In this document: positions 1-13,096 of the stretch, in pieces
Position numbering within the stretch: the stretch's first letter is position 1
Layout of the letters: every line of letters begins with the position of its first letter
Source: Phoronis australis
Taxonomy: Eukaryota > Animalia > Phoronida
Assembly: GCA_002633005.1 (NCBI GenBank)
Contig: NMRA01000060.1
Coordinates: forward strand, 113,740 to 163,425
Direction: 5' to 3'
Length of the DNA stretch: 49,686 nt
Notes under the pieces: generated by a model
The model's database searches: none
What the model saw: only the letters and a program-made list of their open reading frames with translations
What the model was told of the DNA's origin: nothing
Translations under genes and position numbers: made by a program

Positions 1-3000
1 GGCAAGTTTTCGCCCTGGGATTTCAGCACATTATTTAACATCAGAATTTGATAGCAATGCACCACAGTTTTGTAGAAAGTCTGTCATAGGTTACACATGC
101 GTCACAGCGGAGACCGGGTTTTAACCGCCGTAGGCTACAAAAAGAGTCCCTTTGGGCGCTAATTATTAGGGCAAATACGGTAGCCCTAATAGATGGTGAC
201 ATCAGTGCACGAAACGATGATTTTTATTTAAACTATTAGCAAGTTTGTGGTGACTGGCGCCAACTGCCGGGTGACTGAACTTCGGGCGAGTAGATTTTCT
301 GGCTCCGGCACTCGCCCAGCTGGCGAGCAGGATTTTTCAAAACTAAAAGCCAAATCCCTGACTTCCACACTTTTCCAAAAAAGGGAAAACTACGCAGGAA
401 TGGCTGAGGAGGTTAAAAGTCTAGTTGCCGTGCGTATTGGTATGTTTTTGGAGATCGATTCAACATCAGACAACTTGATTTTTGGTAACGTTGATAAGTC
501 TTTTGACCACACCACCTTGCAGGACGATGCCATGTTTGTCAAGGCGCCTCGTTTTCGATCAACACCACAGCAGCGCCCCGCGTTCGTGAAATATGTGAAT
601 AGCATCGCTTTTGAGAGTGATCCCTAGCATTAGCCTACGGCGTTTTCCCGTTGCTCCCAGCTTGTTCGATTCTATAGCCGACTCATACACGTACAAGCAC
701 ATTCTAACGAATCAAAACTAGTATAGGGGTGTTTGTGTATTTGCGCTATATTTACGCACCATATAAAGAGTAAAGGAATTTCGCTTTCAATTGGATATAT
801 TTTTCACGTCGGCTGGCTTAATTCCGATACTGATATTCAACATGTTGCACAGGGTCACGGACCGCTCAGTCACTACAACTTAGTTTAATGAGAAGATGTG
901 AGTAGAGTACCGTATAACAGCATGCCAACAAATATACTTACATAACACAAAGACAATTAACCAACAAACCACCTTCATTCTATATGTCTTGACGTCCTCA
1001 TGGCAAACTGATTTCGAGCCTTCCGCAGTTGGCTTGGTTTGCTCTTCCTGTCCCTTGAAACTGTTGACTCGAATATAAACGAAACAAAATTTCCTTGTCG
1101 AGGAGTCGGGTTAACTAAAACAATTTGGGCAGCCATTAGGCAAACCAGGTCAGTCGGCCAAATTTGTGGCACGTTAGCGATGAGGACTGTTTCATGGAGA
1201 GCAACCATGCTTCTTTCTGTTCTATCCTCATGTTACCCAGACAGAGAAAATGTTTATTGTTTACTTTTTGTAGGCCTATTATTTATCATTTTTTCATTTC
1301 AATTCTCAAGCAGCCCCTGTTTTTCCGTAGCTGTAGCGTAATGAAAACTGTTTTCAGAGCACATGAGTGATTGATACATGTAGGTTTAAGCCGGGATATT
1401 TTAGGCACTTAGCAAAAATAAAAGCAGTTCTAAAAATGATGTCATAAATAAACTGCTAGTCTCCTATGAATCACACATACGTGTCTAGCAAATTAAATCA
1501 CAATTCCTTCCGCTGAATGTGAGCTTTAACAGTTTCGAACAATATTTTTGGTGACTCTTCCACTTATTTTCAAACATACATTACTCTTTTTAAATACAAA
1601 ACATTTGATTTTTTATTTGTTTAATTTAAAAACATACAATGCAATGTTGTGCAAAACAAGCGTGACGCAAATTTTGGCTTATGTCGAGCAATGCGTGTAT
1701 CGTTCGAATCGTGTATAGTTTCACTTACAGTTGCTCAATCTTAGATGTTGTGTGTTCGTCTGGTGAACTCAAATACCGTTGTGAGATTTTGCAAAACTCT
1801 CAGTTCCGCTCAAGAACCAAACATAGTAGCCCACATTTACAGACGCTTACTTTAGTTCGTGTTTTGAATGTTTTGTTATTTTATAATTCATCATTGCCTA
1901 TTAAGTTGCTATTTGTTTATCTCTATATATCATGTTTGTATTACCAGTTAATTTTATCGGTGTACACTGTAGGACTACTGTGGTCGTGATTGATTGTTAG
2001 TCTGATAAACCATATAACAAACCAATGAATGTAGCATGAATTTACTCGGTGTTGCAGTTTTGTCTGTGTATTGGTAGTGGGCAAAGCCATCTGGTGACAT
2101 CATGTGCGTAAAACTCACCGAGAACGGCACACTAGCTGATTGTAAGTCCATTATCGTTTGTCTTTTGAGATCTGGATTGGCTGATGATTATAAAAAACCG
2201 AAACAGCTAACTGTTTTGCACCCAAACAAACCAGACCCAACATGCCTCGGCGTTATGAAAATCAGCAGGTGGTCACTTGCGATCTGCCAAAATTCTGAAA
2301 AGCAGTTATGAGTTCCAGCACAGCCAAAATGTCTCTGATTCCCTAAATATGACCTACAATTCATTATGTCGTGGTGTGTCCAATACAAAACTAACATATA
2401 ATCGCTGTGTCACGTTGATAGAATATTCTTAAGAGGTGAATTCTAGACAATTGAGAATTTGGGTCAAGTTGACGTCCTTGTAGTTACAACCATTTTAATA
2501 ACTGTCGACAAACCAGCCAAAATTTGATAATGTGTCTCAATACATGGTTTGCATTCAAGACGGGTTTCGTTGGATAGGTTCATGCATGGCCGTAGAAAAC
2601 TGACTATCTCAAAAGTGGCTGAACAGATTCAATTAAAACTTTTAGATAATATGCTTTGTGCAATGTTCACTAAAATTCGGCGATATTGTCTTTAAAAATG
2701 TTCTACGTTTGCGCAAGGGGTTATATGTTTTTTGTTAAAAAACTTCAAAGTTGTATAAAAAGAAAATCAACCAATAATGTAGAAAAGTGTAACATTGTTG
2801 TAAAGATTTTGCCGTGAACATTGGCATTATGCTAAATTTGGTCAACCGTTTTCGTTGCTATGAGTGTACGTTATTACTGGAAAAGCATGGTTACGCTAGC
2901 CTATTAATGACTCAGATTAACATGATGTCAAAAATATTTTGATGAATTTTTCTTTCATAAAGTATGTACTTTTGCTGAATTACAGCACGTAGTTTGAGAG

Positions 3001-4574
3001 ATATATTTATTAATGTACAGACTGGTCAGTGAAGTCCTACTGTACATAACCTGAAAGTATAGACTAGAACACGTCATCCGCCGGTCGCAATGACCCAGGT
3101 CTGAACGGACAAAAAATAACTTGAACTTAATGCGTCCAGGGATTTTGGCTTAACAACACCCACATATTCATTTGGAAGCCGAACACATAAGGCTTACGAC
3201 CGAAAAGCGTAAATTTGGGATAGTGGTTGGGATAGATTGGCTTCTTGAAGTAATTACATATAACTTTGGTCGTGGTGCTTTTGAAATTCGATAATAGAAT
3301 ATGTAATAATTCGCTGAAATCGAGACCGGTGACTTCATCAGTTACACAGTCTAAAAATGCGGGTCTACAGTACAAGCGCACCGTAGGCAACAGACGTGAG
3401 GTGATGAATACTATTGACTTTCTTGAAAGGGTGAGATGCTCATTATCTTCTAACACAAATAAACTGCTTAACAAACATCTTAAGAAAAGCTCTGAAGCCT
3501 CAGTGCGCGTTATAAAATAGTGCACGTGATACTGGCAGTGCCGTGTTGTATTAAGGTTAATCTACGTCAGTACGTAACTTACTGTTGTTTAGATATACAT
3601 GTACAAATGTATATCGTTTCGTAATCATTCGTTGTGTTTCAAGCCTGTAGTATGTGTGAAGGCAAAAAGAAACAGGCTTTGTGGTGTGCCGACCGAAACC
3701 TGATATTTCCTTACTTTCTGAAAAAAGAAACACGACCTTGGTTTCGTTTAGTCAATTTTGTTAGTCAGTAATGAGATTAACACAACGCAGCTAATTAGCG
3801 CTCGAACCACTTAAATATCATGGGCGCAGAGGAAGGAATAAGTATTCTCGTATCATTCTTTATTAAATAAATTAGGAAAGCATTTATCTATGTTTTTACT
3901 TTAATCTGTTTGCATGGCACTTGTTCAACCATCCGGTCAATAACTTAGCTCACAAACACATGGAACATTTCAAAAATATGTGAAACGTATTCATTATGTT
4001 GTGGTACAATTGAGCAACACAGTAGCTTTCTCGTTATTAGATAAAGCCTGTAATATTGACATGTTGTGCTTTCCTCACTACCATGAGCCTGGGTCACCCT
4101 TTATATCAACTGACGCCTGACGCGAGATCAGGCGTTCCGCAAGTCTTAAAGAGGCCTGGAACGGGAAAAAACATGTTCAATTGCATTATTCTCTGCCACT
4201 AAAACAGAATTCATTTTGATCATCGGGTATTTTTACTGCTTGTTCGTAGAAATGTTAAATTTCAGTTGATGTCAAAGCATCATTCCGTTTTCAGTTTCAA
4301 ATTTAAAAAAGCGATCTGTCAAATGCTCGCCACTTTGTTTATTTTCTCCTATAAGAAAATGAAACACGTCTCTTTAGTTGGTATGCAAGAAATAGACAAT
4401 TTCCTGGTGTGAAAAATGTAACCGACTACCTTTTATGTAAACAAAACGATCGCGACTTCAAACAGCAGCCTGTCCGACTAAAAGGCAATTGATGTAAGTC
4501 CTAACTGTTCAAAATTAGATATTAAACGTACATTAAATCAGTTTTTGGCCGCAATAAGATTAAAAACCGTCCAC

Positions 4575-4756
4575 TGATTCTCTGAATAACATGCAGAGCT
4601 CAGTGACCCTGCAACTATGGTGATGACCAGCTGCTGACTATATTCTATGTATCTCTCACTCTATGGATGTTACCTGAGCTGTATGTTGCAACTTGTTGTC
4701 CTAAATTGTTGTAAATATGATCCTGATGATGTCTAATGAAAAGACGAAACGTTGAA
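4575..4756 (+). mobile_element. Probable Penelope-like 3' end/pLTR fragment with minimal hammerhead-like motif (4723-4753)
   Basis: SLNNMQSSVTLQLW-stop resembles a PLE GIY-YIG C-terminus, followed about 100 nt later by CTGATGA-T-GTCT(loop)AGAC-GAAAC-GTT. Confidence 0.55.
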
Positions 4757-5038
4757 TTGAACATGAATTTTTTTATTTGTGCGGCGATCGTATAAACGTA
4801 TGTGTTTCGTAGTATTCAAATAAATTCTAAATTGTACTTTATATTAGTTTTATGAAATTGTTTGTCTAATCCCGTGCTGTCGACTTCAGATCCGGAGTGT
4901 TATCCCACATGGCCATAATAATCTGTGGTTGATATCCATCTTGTCGGTCAGCTTTTGTCGAACTACTATGAGCGCATGCGCATATTTATAGTAAGTAGAA
5001 GGAGAGCAGGAACTATTTGGTGACAAAAGAATTTTTCC

Positions 5039-5198
5039 TTAAGGCGTATTTCAAAAATCGTGAATTTTGTGATTTTTCTGGAAAATTCCCTCACAGCGGA
5101 AAGTGAATAACTCTGTAGTAAACTTTGCGAAATTGTACTCTTGTCAGGAATTATTTAAAAGATATTTTGACGAGCTGTCTTGTTCCATATACCCTTAA
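5039..5198. mobile_element. Possible short TTAA-flanked MITE
   Basis: TTAA-GGCGTAT at the left and ATACCC-TTAA at the right form imperfect inverted termini. Confidence 0.3.
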
Positions 5199-8100
5199 CA
5201 ACATTAAAAACAAATGGAACGTCGTAATCAGCAAAACTTATCTCAAGGAAAATTTTCTGCCGAAATTATCAATTATTTAAAGTATGTGAATGTCCATTAA
5301 TTTTTACGCCCATTTGGTTCTCATGCACCGTTGTGTTCAATGACATTATGTCCGATTGTACTTGCTGTATTCGTAAAAAGCTGGGTAATGACGACCTTTA
5401 CGTGGATGGCAAAAGGAGGGGCATCTTTGTTGGCTGAGTAAGAATGAGTAAAATGTAATACTGCTTTTATATGAAAACCTTAAAAAAGGTTTTGGCTCGG
5501 CAGGTTTGTTCTTTCGTTAGAATAAAGAGAACTCATTTCACAAACGGCCGGGGAGTCTGACAAACGATTTGTCACTAAGTCCACATTTAAAGGGACATTA
5601 TTATTTTAACGGCCGAAAAAAACGCGTTTTGTGGTTATTATAGAGTGGGACATTAGATTCCACTGGAGCTACTATGCTGTAAATCACTTACAGCTGTAGT
5701 AAGTCCGACTTAGCTCGTCAGAAGATTGTTCGTCTGTGAACAGGAAGGTTCACGGTTTGGATCCACAAATATGCTGATTTAAACAAATCACTCTTTCTCA
5801 GGGATGTTGTTACTTTAATTTGGAATTACTAACGGTTTCTTCTTTCGTTCAATTGATTTAGTATGATTAAATAAGGAAATACCGGACAACTTGATATCTG
5901 ACATATTTTCATCAGCATTACGAGTATGGCCATCGTGGGTCAGAGTACTGAGCAGTGTAGTTTTTAATAAAAAGGAAAACAAAAATCTGTAGCAATAACA
6001 TTTTAAAAATATGTCTCGTAAACTGGTGGGGTTTGACTTCCAGCGAATGTCTGGCAGATAACAGAATGAACTGGCGATTGTGACGATGTAATCAACGAAT
6101 TCTGTTGTTTTAATAATACATGTAACTTTGTGTGGGAAGGTCCCTAAGGGGAACCCGGCCACAATATTTCAGACGGACAAATGTCGGCAATAGTCTATTA
6201 AAAATGGCGTATGGGACACTGCGAAAGCCCTGGTATCCACAAACACTGCATAGTTGACAACATTTGAAGATGAAAAATTGATATCTGCAAAAGGATGTCG
6301 AAGCGCAAGGTATAAGTGTTGTAGTACTCAAATACGCAACGGCGGGGTATGGGACGGAAAATTAGGGAATGGTCTATCTGTGTTGTCAGTGGCAATAAAA
6401 ATAAAGGTTTTTGGCAAAATGCGGTGTGTGAATATTACAGTTTTGAAAAAATGAATCTGAGAGATTGAATTGAAGCTGTAATTTTTGTAAGAGTTGGTCA
6501 CCTTTGTGCTTTTCTACAAAGCTTCCATGGTTTCTGAATATTACTGTAATTTTCCTTGGCAAATAAAATCATATTCTTTTGGGGTGAAAAAAAACGTTTT
6601 AAGACTTCTTCTTTTGTTTAAGTGGCATATTACTTATTTTATTTTTTAACAGTTTAGCAGTGGGAACCGATGACTCATCATCACCACTTAGCTGTAACAG
6701 GAAGTACTTTGAAGAGGGCGGGCCAAGGCAATATAAATAAAGTAGTTTGATATATTTTGCAATGTGGTCATAAGTACCCTGTCCCTCGTGATATGCATCA
6801 GCTACTTGAACGTTTCTATTACAGAACTGTGATGGTAGTTACAAACAGTTGACGCGCCCCCATTTCGTTCTGATGAGCTGTTGAACACTCGAGACTTCAA
6901 CCAATCTTTGCTTCACCCGAGATCCAGTTTTCCATCAATAATACTGTAGTCCCATTAGTATGGACACTTCAGGCTCAGTCATGCATCTCACAAGGAAAGT
7001 TAATTGTGATTACAGAAACTGTAGATTTTTTATTCAACATTTTAAATTGTTCACTGGTCTTTCTAGTTCGTGAAACTTTCAGGAAATAAGAAATATAATG
7101 TTAAGAGGCAGTCCATATCAATACCAATAGAATTTCAAAATTCAGTACATATGCCAAAATTCAAAACAACTTCATTTTTTACACATGGACAGATATCCCA
7201 TCAAAATTCTTAATGCTGCACTTTGTGCACTCAATGACCTCCACTGTCCCCACTGGAGACCTCAATTGGTCATATATGTCGTCTCCAAAATTGTGTGTTT
7301 TCAGCAATAAAAATAATCTATAAAATGGATTAAAGTTGTACTTTGGTGGCTGGAATAACCAATGTATACTGTAAATAATTTGGCATTTACTTGAATTCGA
7401 CGATAGGTTAAATAATCCACAGACGAATATTCCTAGATAAGTTTAGTGGCCGTTTTTGTGACCGTCTTACCGCTATATTACACCTTGTAGCTTTACGTAA
7501 CTTTTAAACATACAGTTAAAGCTTGAAGAACGAAGGTCATTTCTGTTCGTTAAGAGAGTTTCATTAAAAAAGCGATCACAAAAGCTTTTTGGCTTTAGTT
7601 TTTTATACCAAAGACATTTCAGAACATCTAGATGCTGTAAAGCACCGCATAAATCAAGGCCAGTGACAGAGTACGTGAGTCCGTACTAGCCATATTAGGT
7701 AAATTTGTGACTGAGCAGGACCTGTCAGGAGTCAAATTATATGCGATGTTCACCGAAGAGAATTTTCACCCAAGCAGAAAATGTCTGTACCCTGAACACC
7801 CAAGATCTTCCAGAAGAAAATCTGAACGAGGTAGTGACTTCAGCATTTCACAGTGGATATTGAATCAGTTTGAATAAGCTCAATATTGGTACCACCAAGT
7901 GAACGTTCGACTTAAAGGGCCACAAGGTGAATTGTCTCTATTGGAGTTAAATGACCCAACTTGCTTTCCTAATGCTCGGCATATACTTGTATAATATACT
8001 TTATCTTAGTAAATCTTAGTGGTTGAGGTGAAACGACAGTAGCCAGTCCAGTGGCGTAGCAAGCACCTCTTTGCACTCCCGGTTGACACCTCAAGTGGTG

Positions 8101-8325
8101 CCCCCTCCCCCCTCCCCGGTTTGTAGCTGTGTAACCCAGCATTTAACAGACGCCTGATGCCCGCCCTGGACGACACCTGTTTAGCACACCCCCCGCCCCT
8201 TATATGATTTAGACAAAGCACTCATGTCAGTCACAATTTATGTACATAACTTTTTGTAATAAGCAATAATCATCAGCGTAGTTTTGGCATTTGACAGAAT
8301 GGTGATTAGTAAAGCTGGCTGCTTT

Positions 8326-8910
8326 TTCTCTAAAGGGTCCCCTGTTGGTAGTTCTGGTAACTGAGAACAGGTAAATAGGACGAAATGCAGTTCGCGCAAT
8401 GTTCCATACCCAAAAACTACAGGAGAGGCAAGATTTTTTATTTTGGATAATGAAGATATTAGGAATGACTAAACTAATTATTTCCAGGTCATTTTTAAAA
8501 AGGTACAACAGACTGCCAAAGTTAGCCGAAAATGGCTTCAGTGAAAACCTGCAAAATAGCCGGTTTTTGCCACCCAAAATCAAAACTTACAAATTTGAAA
8601 ATGAATTTCATAGTTATGTCATTAAATTATTCAATCATAGTTCTTTAAAACCGCATCACACATTTGTTATCAGCTAGCTATCGTGTTTAGTGAAGTGTAT
8701 TCAAACATGTCTACATGTACTTCGGCGCCTAATTTTGTTGCAGAATGGAGGTAGGCCTACATGCCATGAAACGAGAAATGACGGATGAAAATTCTTACGA
8801 AGAAAATTTTTCTACATTTCGCCAAACCCAACCCATTTGCTAAGTCTCAAAAAATCTGTGATTTTGGGTATAGGCTCTACCTGTTGGTTTATATGCGGAG
8901 TCACTTTTGA
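8326..8910 (+). repeat. Interspersed repeat family A, copy 1 (non-autonomous DNA transposon-like)
   Basis: Colinear with the reverse complement of 49104-49686 (e.g. GCCGAAAATGGCTTCAGTGAAAACCTG, GTGATTTTGGGTATAG.CTCTACCTGTTGGTTT). Confidence 0.9.
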
Positions 8911-9384
8911 TATCTCTCACACCAGCTTCCAGATTAATGCAGGCAGCCGTATTTTGGACATGTTTAACTGCAACTTGGTTGTTTTTTTCCAGCCTCATAT
9001 AGGTACAGTATATCTGAGGATAAGGAAATTGTTTTCAACTTGATATGTCCATGCTCCCTGGATGGCGGTAGGTATCACCATGCAGCTGTGGTCGTCAAAA
9101 TGGTGTACATGTACCTGTGGCAGTTGCTGAGAAGTGTCCACAACAGTGAACAGATATGTAAGAAGCAACCTGCCATCTGTATTTTGCTCATGCCTCTGAG
9201 TATTTCTTATAAAAACCAGTTTTGGAAATATCCTAGGGGCCTGTTTCATGAAAATTGAGTGAAGACAGATACTTTGTCTTCAAATCTACATATATTCTGG
9301 AGAATAAATTGGTCATTGGTCTCTAGAGGCATTGCAATAGAAGATAATCACCTACATGTACTTAGAGATGATTCCGGTTCGATG

Positions 9385-10010
9385 CAGACGTTTTAGCCTG
9401 GTCCGTCAGGCCTTTTTCGACGAGTGACGGGTTTTCCGCCTTTAGCTGATTAATATGTTAGAATACATGGGAGGTAAGTGTAGACCTCGGTCCCGGTTCG
9501 AGAGAGGGCGCTGCGTGCTGAAGTTTATGGACTCTTTTAACTTGCGAGCATACCAAATCTGTTCTTTAGCGAACATCTTATACGATTCCACGAAGATGGA
9601 AAGTCCAGTCGTCAATGTGTGTTCCCTCACAGCTATGGGTCTGTCTAATGTCGAGTGTTCTTTGAATCTGGTTAGAAACGGTCTTTTGGTTTCTTTATAA
9701 TGTAGATTTCGTGTATGAAGAAATTCCATGGGTTCTGTAAGTGTGCTGTAGACGTATGGGGTATGGGATGGCGACAGAGGGACCATCGAGTTTTTCTCAT
9801 TAGGTTTGAGACTTGGAAGTTCTGTGAACATTCATTCCTGATATTTATTAGCGAGCAAAGCATTTTAACGTGGTCAACTTCTTCAACATAGTGTCGGAAA
9901 TCAGTGATATAGCATTCAGCTCTATACAGGAGGGTACGGGCAACAGAATGTTTTTGTTTCAAAGGGTGATTTGATGAAAACGGAAGATATTGGTGCGTGG
10001 AAACCGACAC
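9385..10010 (-). mobile_element. Penelope-like retroelement remnant (RT C-terminus, GIY-YIG endonuclease, 3' end), frameshifted and internally deleted
   Basis: THQYLPFSSNHPLKQKHSVARTLLYRA (PLE RT thumb region), then in another frame ETKRPFLTRFKEH...AVREH...RKLKESI...SNRDRG (GIY-YIG C-half), followed by a decayed hammerhead-like motif. Confidence 0.88.
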
Positions 10011-12205
10011 ACAGGATATTCTTACTGTATAGCAATTTTATTCAATTATTTTGATATTGCATGCTCGTTTACCAGTTTGGCCTAATCGCCGGCTGCCTTG
10101 TTATTCAGTAGTTGGCGCAGGAGTGTAAATAGTTTGCCTTATGCAAGTGTATGAAATTATCTTTTCATGCGTCCAGCACTTTTGATTTGTACCATTTATT
10201 CCGATAAAACAGTCGGAGACCGCATGTTTTCCCCTTTTACCAGTGCTGGTTCCTGCCCGCACCGGGTTATAGATGCAGGTCCGTGTCCGGCAAAATAATT
10301 TCTGTCAAAATTTGTTTGCCACATTTTGTAAGCAATTTCAATACAAATTGTCACTACTTTGGTTTTATTAAAGTTCAGGTTTGCTGCCGATGATTTTATC
10401 AATGTTTGCAGTCTGGTGACAGTCCTCTAGCCCACAGTTGGCAATCATAACTAGCCTGGGTTCCTGAACGAATTATACTTCCGGTTTGCGATTAGTTCAA
10501 AATGGCTCTTTGTTCTTCGGATCGGAATCACGAGTAGCAGGTTTATTTAAACTTTCCTCAAGTACAAATTGTGCATTTATTATGGGATAGCTACTGCTTG
10601 GTTACTAATTACTTAATAAGGTTTTAAAACCTGTGCTTCTAGGACTTTAAGTATTGGGTAACTTAAATGACTGTAGATAACGGTTACAGAAAAAGCGACA
10701 GAATATTTCAGGCACAACCTTGATTTGGCAGACAACGGCGACAATTGACGATTGGCATAATATAACACAAGGATTTTGTTGTTTTATAGATGTAGCTTTG
10801 CATGGTCAAAGCCATGTTATTTAGTTTTTAGAGACTTGCTATGCGGCAACGGAGGTACCATCCTGTTTTTAATTTTTTGCGGTGAATTTAGCTATCTAAA
10901 AGTGTTAAGAACAGTTGTGCGGATACGTTTTGAAGAAAATTTTGTCATACATGTAAACTACGAATTGTTTTCACAGGCTTATGAATTTTGACGATCTAAC
11001 TTTCTTTTTTACGGTCTGATATTGTTAACAAGGGCCTTTTGTCAAAAATAAATGTTTACTTATGATTCATACCATTCTGAAATTGTCTCTATTTTGTTTC
11101 CACCAAAAATAAGCTGATTAATACCACGGAAAGAAGTGATCAAGTTCGTTATTTCTTCAGGGTCACGGCGTGCCCTGAAATTTAGTAGGCTCGATAAGGA
11201 AAAATAACAATGTGTCAGGACTTTGAGAGCCCCGACGACACCTTAACTGTGTAAGGAACAAAAACAAGGACAATTTTATTGCGGAGAGATGCCTATATTA
11301 AAACTTGACGGAAAGCACGGGTTAAATGGTGTTTCCGTTTTTTCTAAATTATTCTTCGTCTTATACAGCATAAGCACCCATGTATTTTAGTCTCGACGAA
11401 CGTCAAATGTGTTTCGAGGTGTTTAGAAAGATTGTTAAATCTCTAGCAGAGCAGATATCGTTTTTTTTGTTTGAACTAAGTTTCTATTGCAATTTAATTT
11501 CAAAATCTTCCAATAGTTTTATTTAAGTCACCAATACACAAATTTGACCATAAAGCCATCATCATTATGTAATTGGTTCTGATATTTGGCAAATATACAT
11601 TATTAAGTCGAAATTCCAACCTCATGTCAAATTAAATGAAGTTATAATCAATTTAAATAAAATCCCTGTTAAAGTTTGGATTTGAAGCTCATTTTTATAA
11701 GATTTCAATTATTTATTTCGTAGAAATACTAAAACAATAGCCGAGAAGTAAACTTGAGCGTATTAGACCATTAGCCGCAGGGTCACAAGAGGTCTAGAAA
11801 ACCACTTCTGTGACCACTTTATGGGGACAACTTAATTCTGGTATTATTGATGACATAAATCACTGTGTTTTATGAATCAAAAAAGTTCCCGCTTTAATCT
11901 TGCACATTTTTGTGAAATTTGATGTTAAAAGTGTGCCAAATCAGCAAATTCTACATTAAAAAGGTAGAAAAGAAGAAAATTAGTAGTCCATAAAGGATGA
12001 TACTGCAAATAATATTCCTACAGGCTGTATTAAGTCATAATGAGCACATACTATGTTACATCTTTAATTAAAATGTAGAATTATGGAAGAAATATGAATT
12101 TATGGGTGCCACCTGTTGGCGAAATATATAGAGTTATCATGCATAGTGTTTATGCTGTGTTTACTGTTGGTAAAGCTATAATTATCAAACTGACTATGTC
12201 TCACT

Positions 12206-12577
12206 TTTATTTTGTCACACATTTACTTAACTGAAATACAGAACAACAATTGCTACAAGTCCAAAGCATGCAATTTGTCAAAAAATGGAGACAGAAAGTA
12301 TAGAATAACAACAAATGCAATCGGATGAAGTACAAATTAACAAGATAAAAAGCCATTACTAGAGACCTAAATATGAAAATTCTAAAATATTTCACAAATC
12401 ACCAGGCTCACTGGGCCAGTTGCTAGCCCGGTTTCTGTCTCTTGAGAAGATGTCTTTCCAAGTTCCTCCGGCTGGGATGCAAGTCCGTCACACCCTTACT
12501 CATCATCTGGCTCCATGTCATCACTCACTTTGACATTCTTACAGTTTTGGCAGTTGCACACTTGAGTGCATTTTATT
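12206..12577 (-). terminator. Candidate polyadenylation signals (AATAAA at 12572-12577 and 12206-12211) of the RPTP 3'UTR
   Basis: AATAAA on the minus strand about 445 and 810 nt past the stop codon. The context is AT-rich, so the hexamers alone are weak evidence. Confidence 0.35.
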
Positions 12578-13021
12578 CCAAGAACAAATGTTTGTTTTAC
12601 AAATGTTCTTTTTCCATTTGCTACTAACATCTACATTCATTTCAATGACACAGCAACGGATTCGCTTTTGAACAAGTCTGTGTTGATTTTGTGTACACTC
12701 TGTCCTTTGTGTCTCTACGCTATTGTTAGCCTTGAGGTCTGTTTCATGAAAAAATACATAATGCTGATACTACGTCAGAAAGTACTCTGTTAACGCTAAA
12801 CACGCCAAGTATTTCAGAAAATATCGATAGCTCATTGTGGAAAAATAAACTAAATGTTGCTGCAAACATATACAACGATTAGGAGCATTTAGAACTCTGC
12901 ATTTCTTGTTTTCGTGAACACCTAAATATCCTAATACAAGTGCCGCCTTCAATTGTACATGTGCAAACTTATACATGTACATATTTGCATGGTGTCCGCA
13001 ACATGCTGCCACACTGACAAA

Positions 13022-13096
13022 TTACTGAAAATTGGCATATGTCTCAAAAGTTTCCATGAACTGTTTCGCCAATCGATACAGAGCTGTATACTGCTC
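13022..13096 (-). CDS. RPTP last coding exon
   Basis: tttcag|GAG; [24 protein letters not shown]-stop(TAA). Confidence 0.94.
   Translation of the reverse strand, partial: EQYTALYRLAKQFMETFETYANFQ

Noticed and set aside
6870-6897. CTGATGAG...GAGAC hammerhead-like string
   Set aside because: The GAAA box is mutated and stem II does not pair.
650-12200. A second protein-coding gene in the left 12 kb
   Set aside because: Only short ORFs without domain motifs or a consistent exon chain; the region looks like repeat-rich intergenic DNA, though small exons cannot be excluded.
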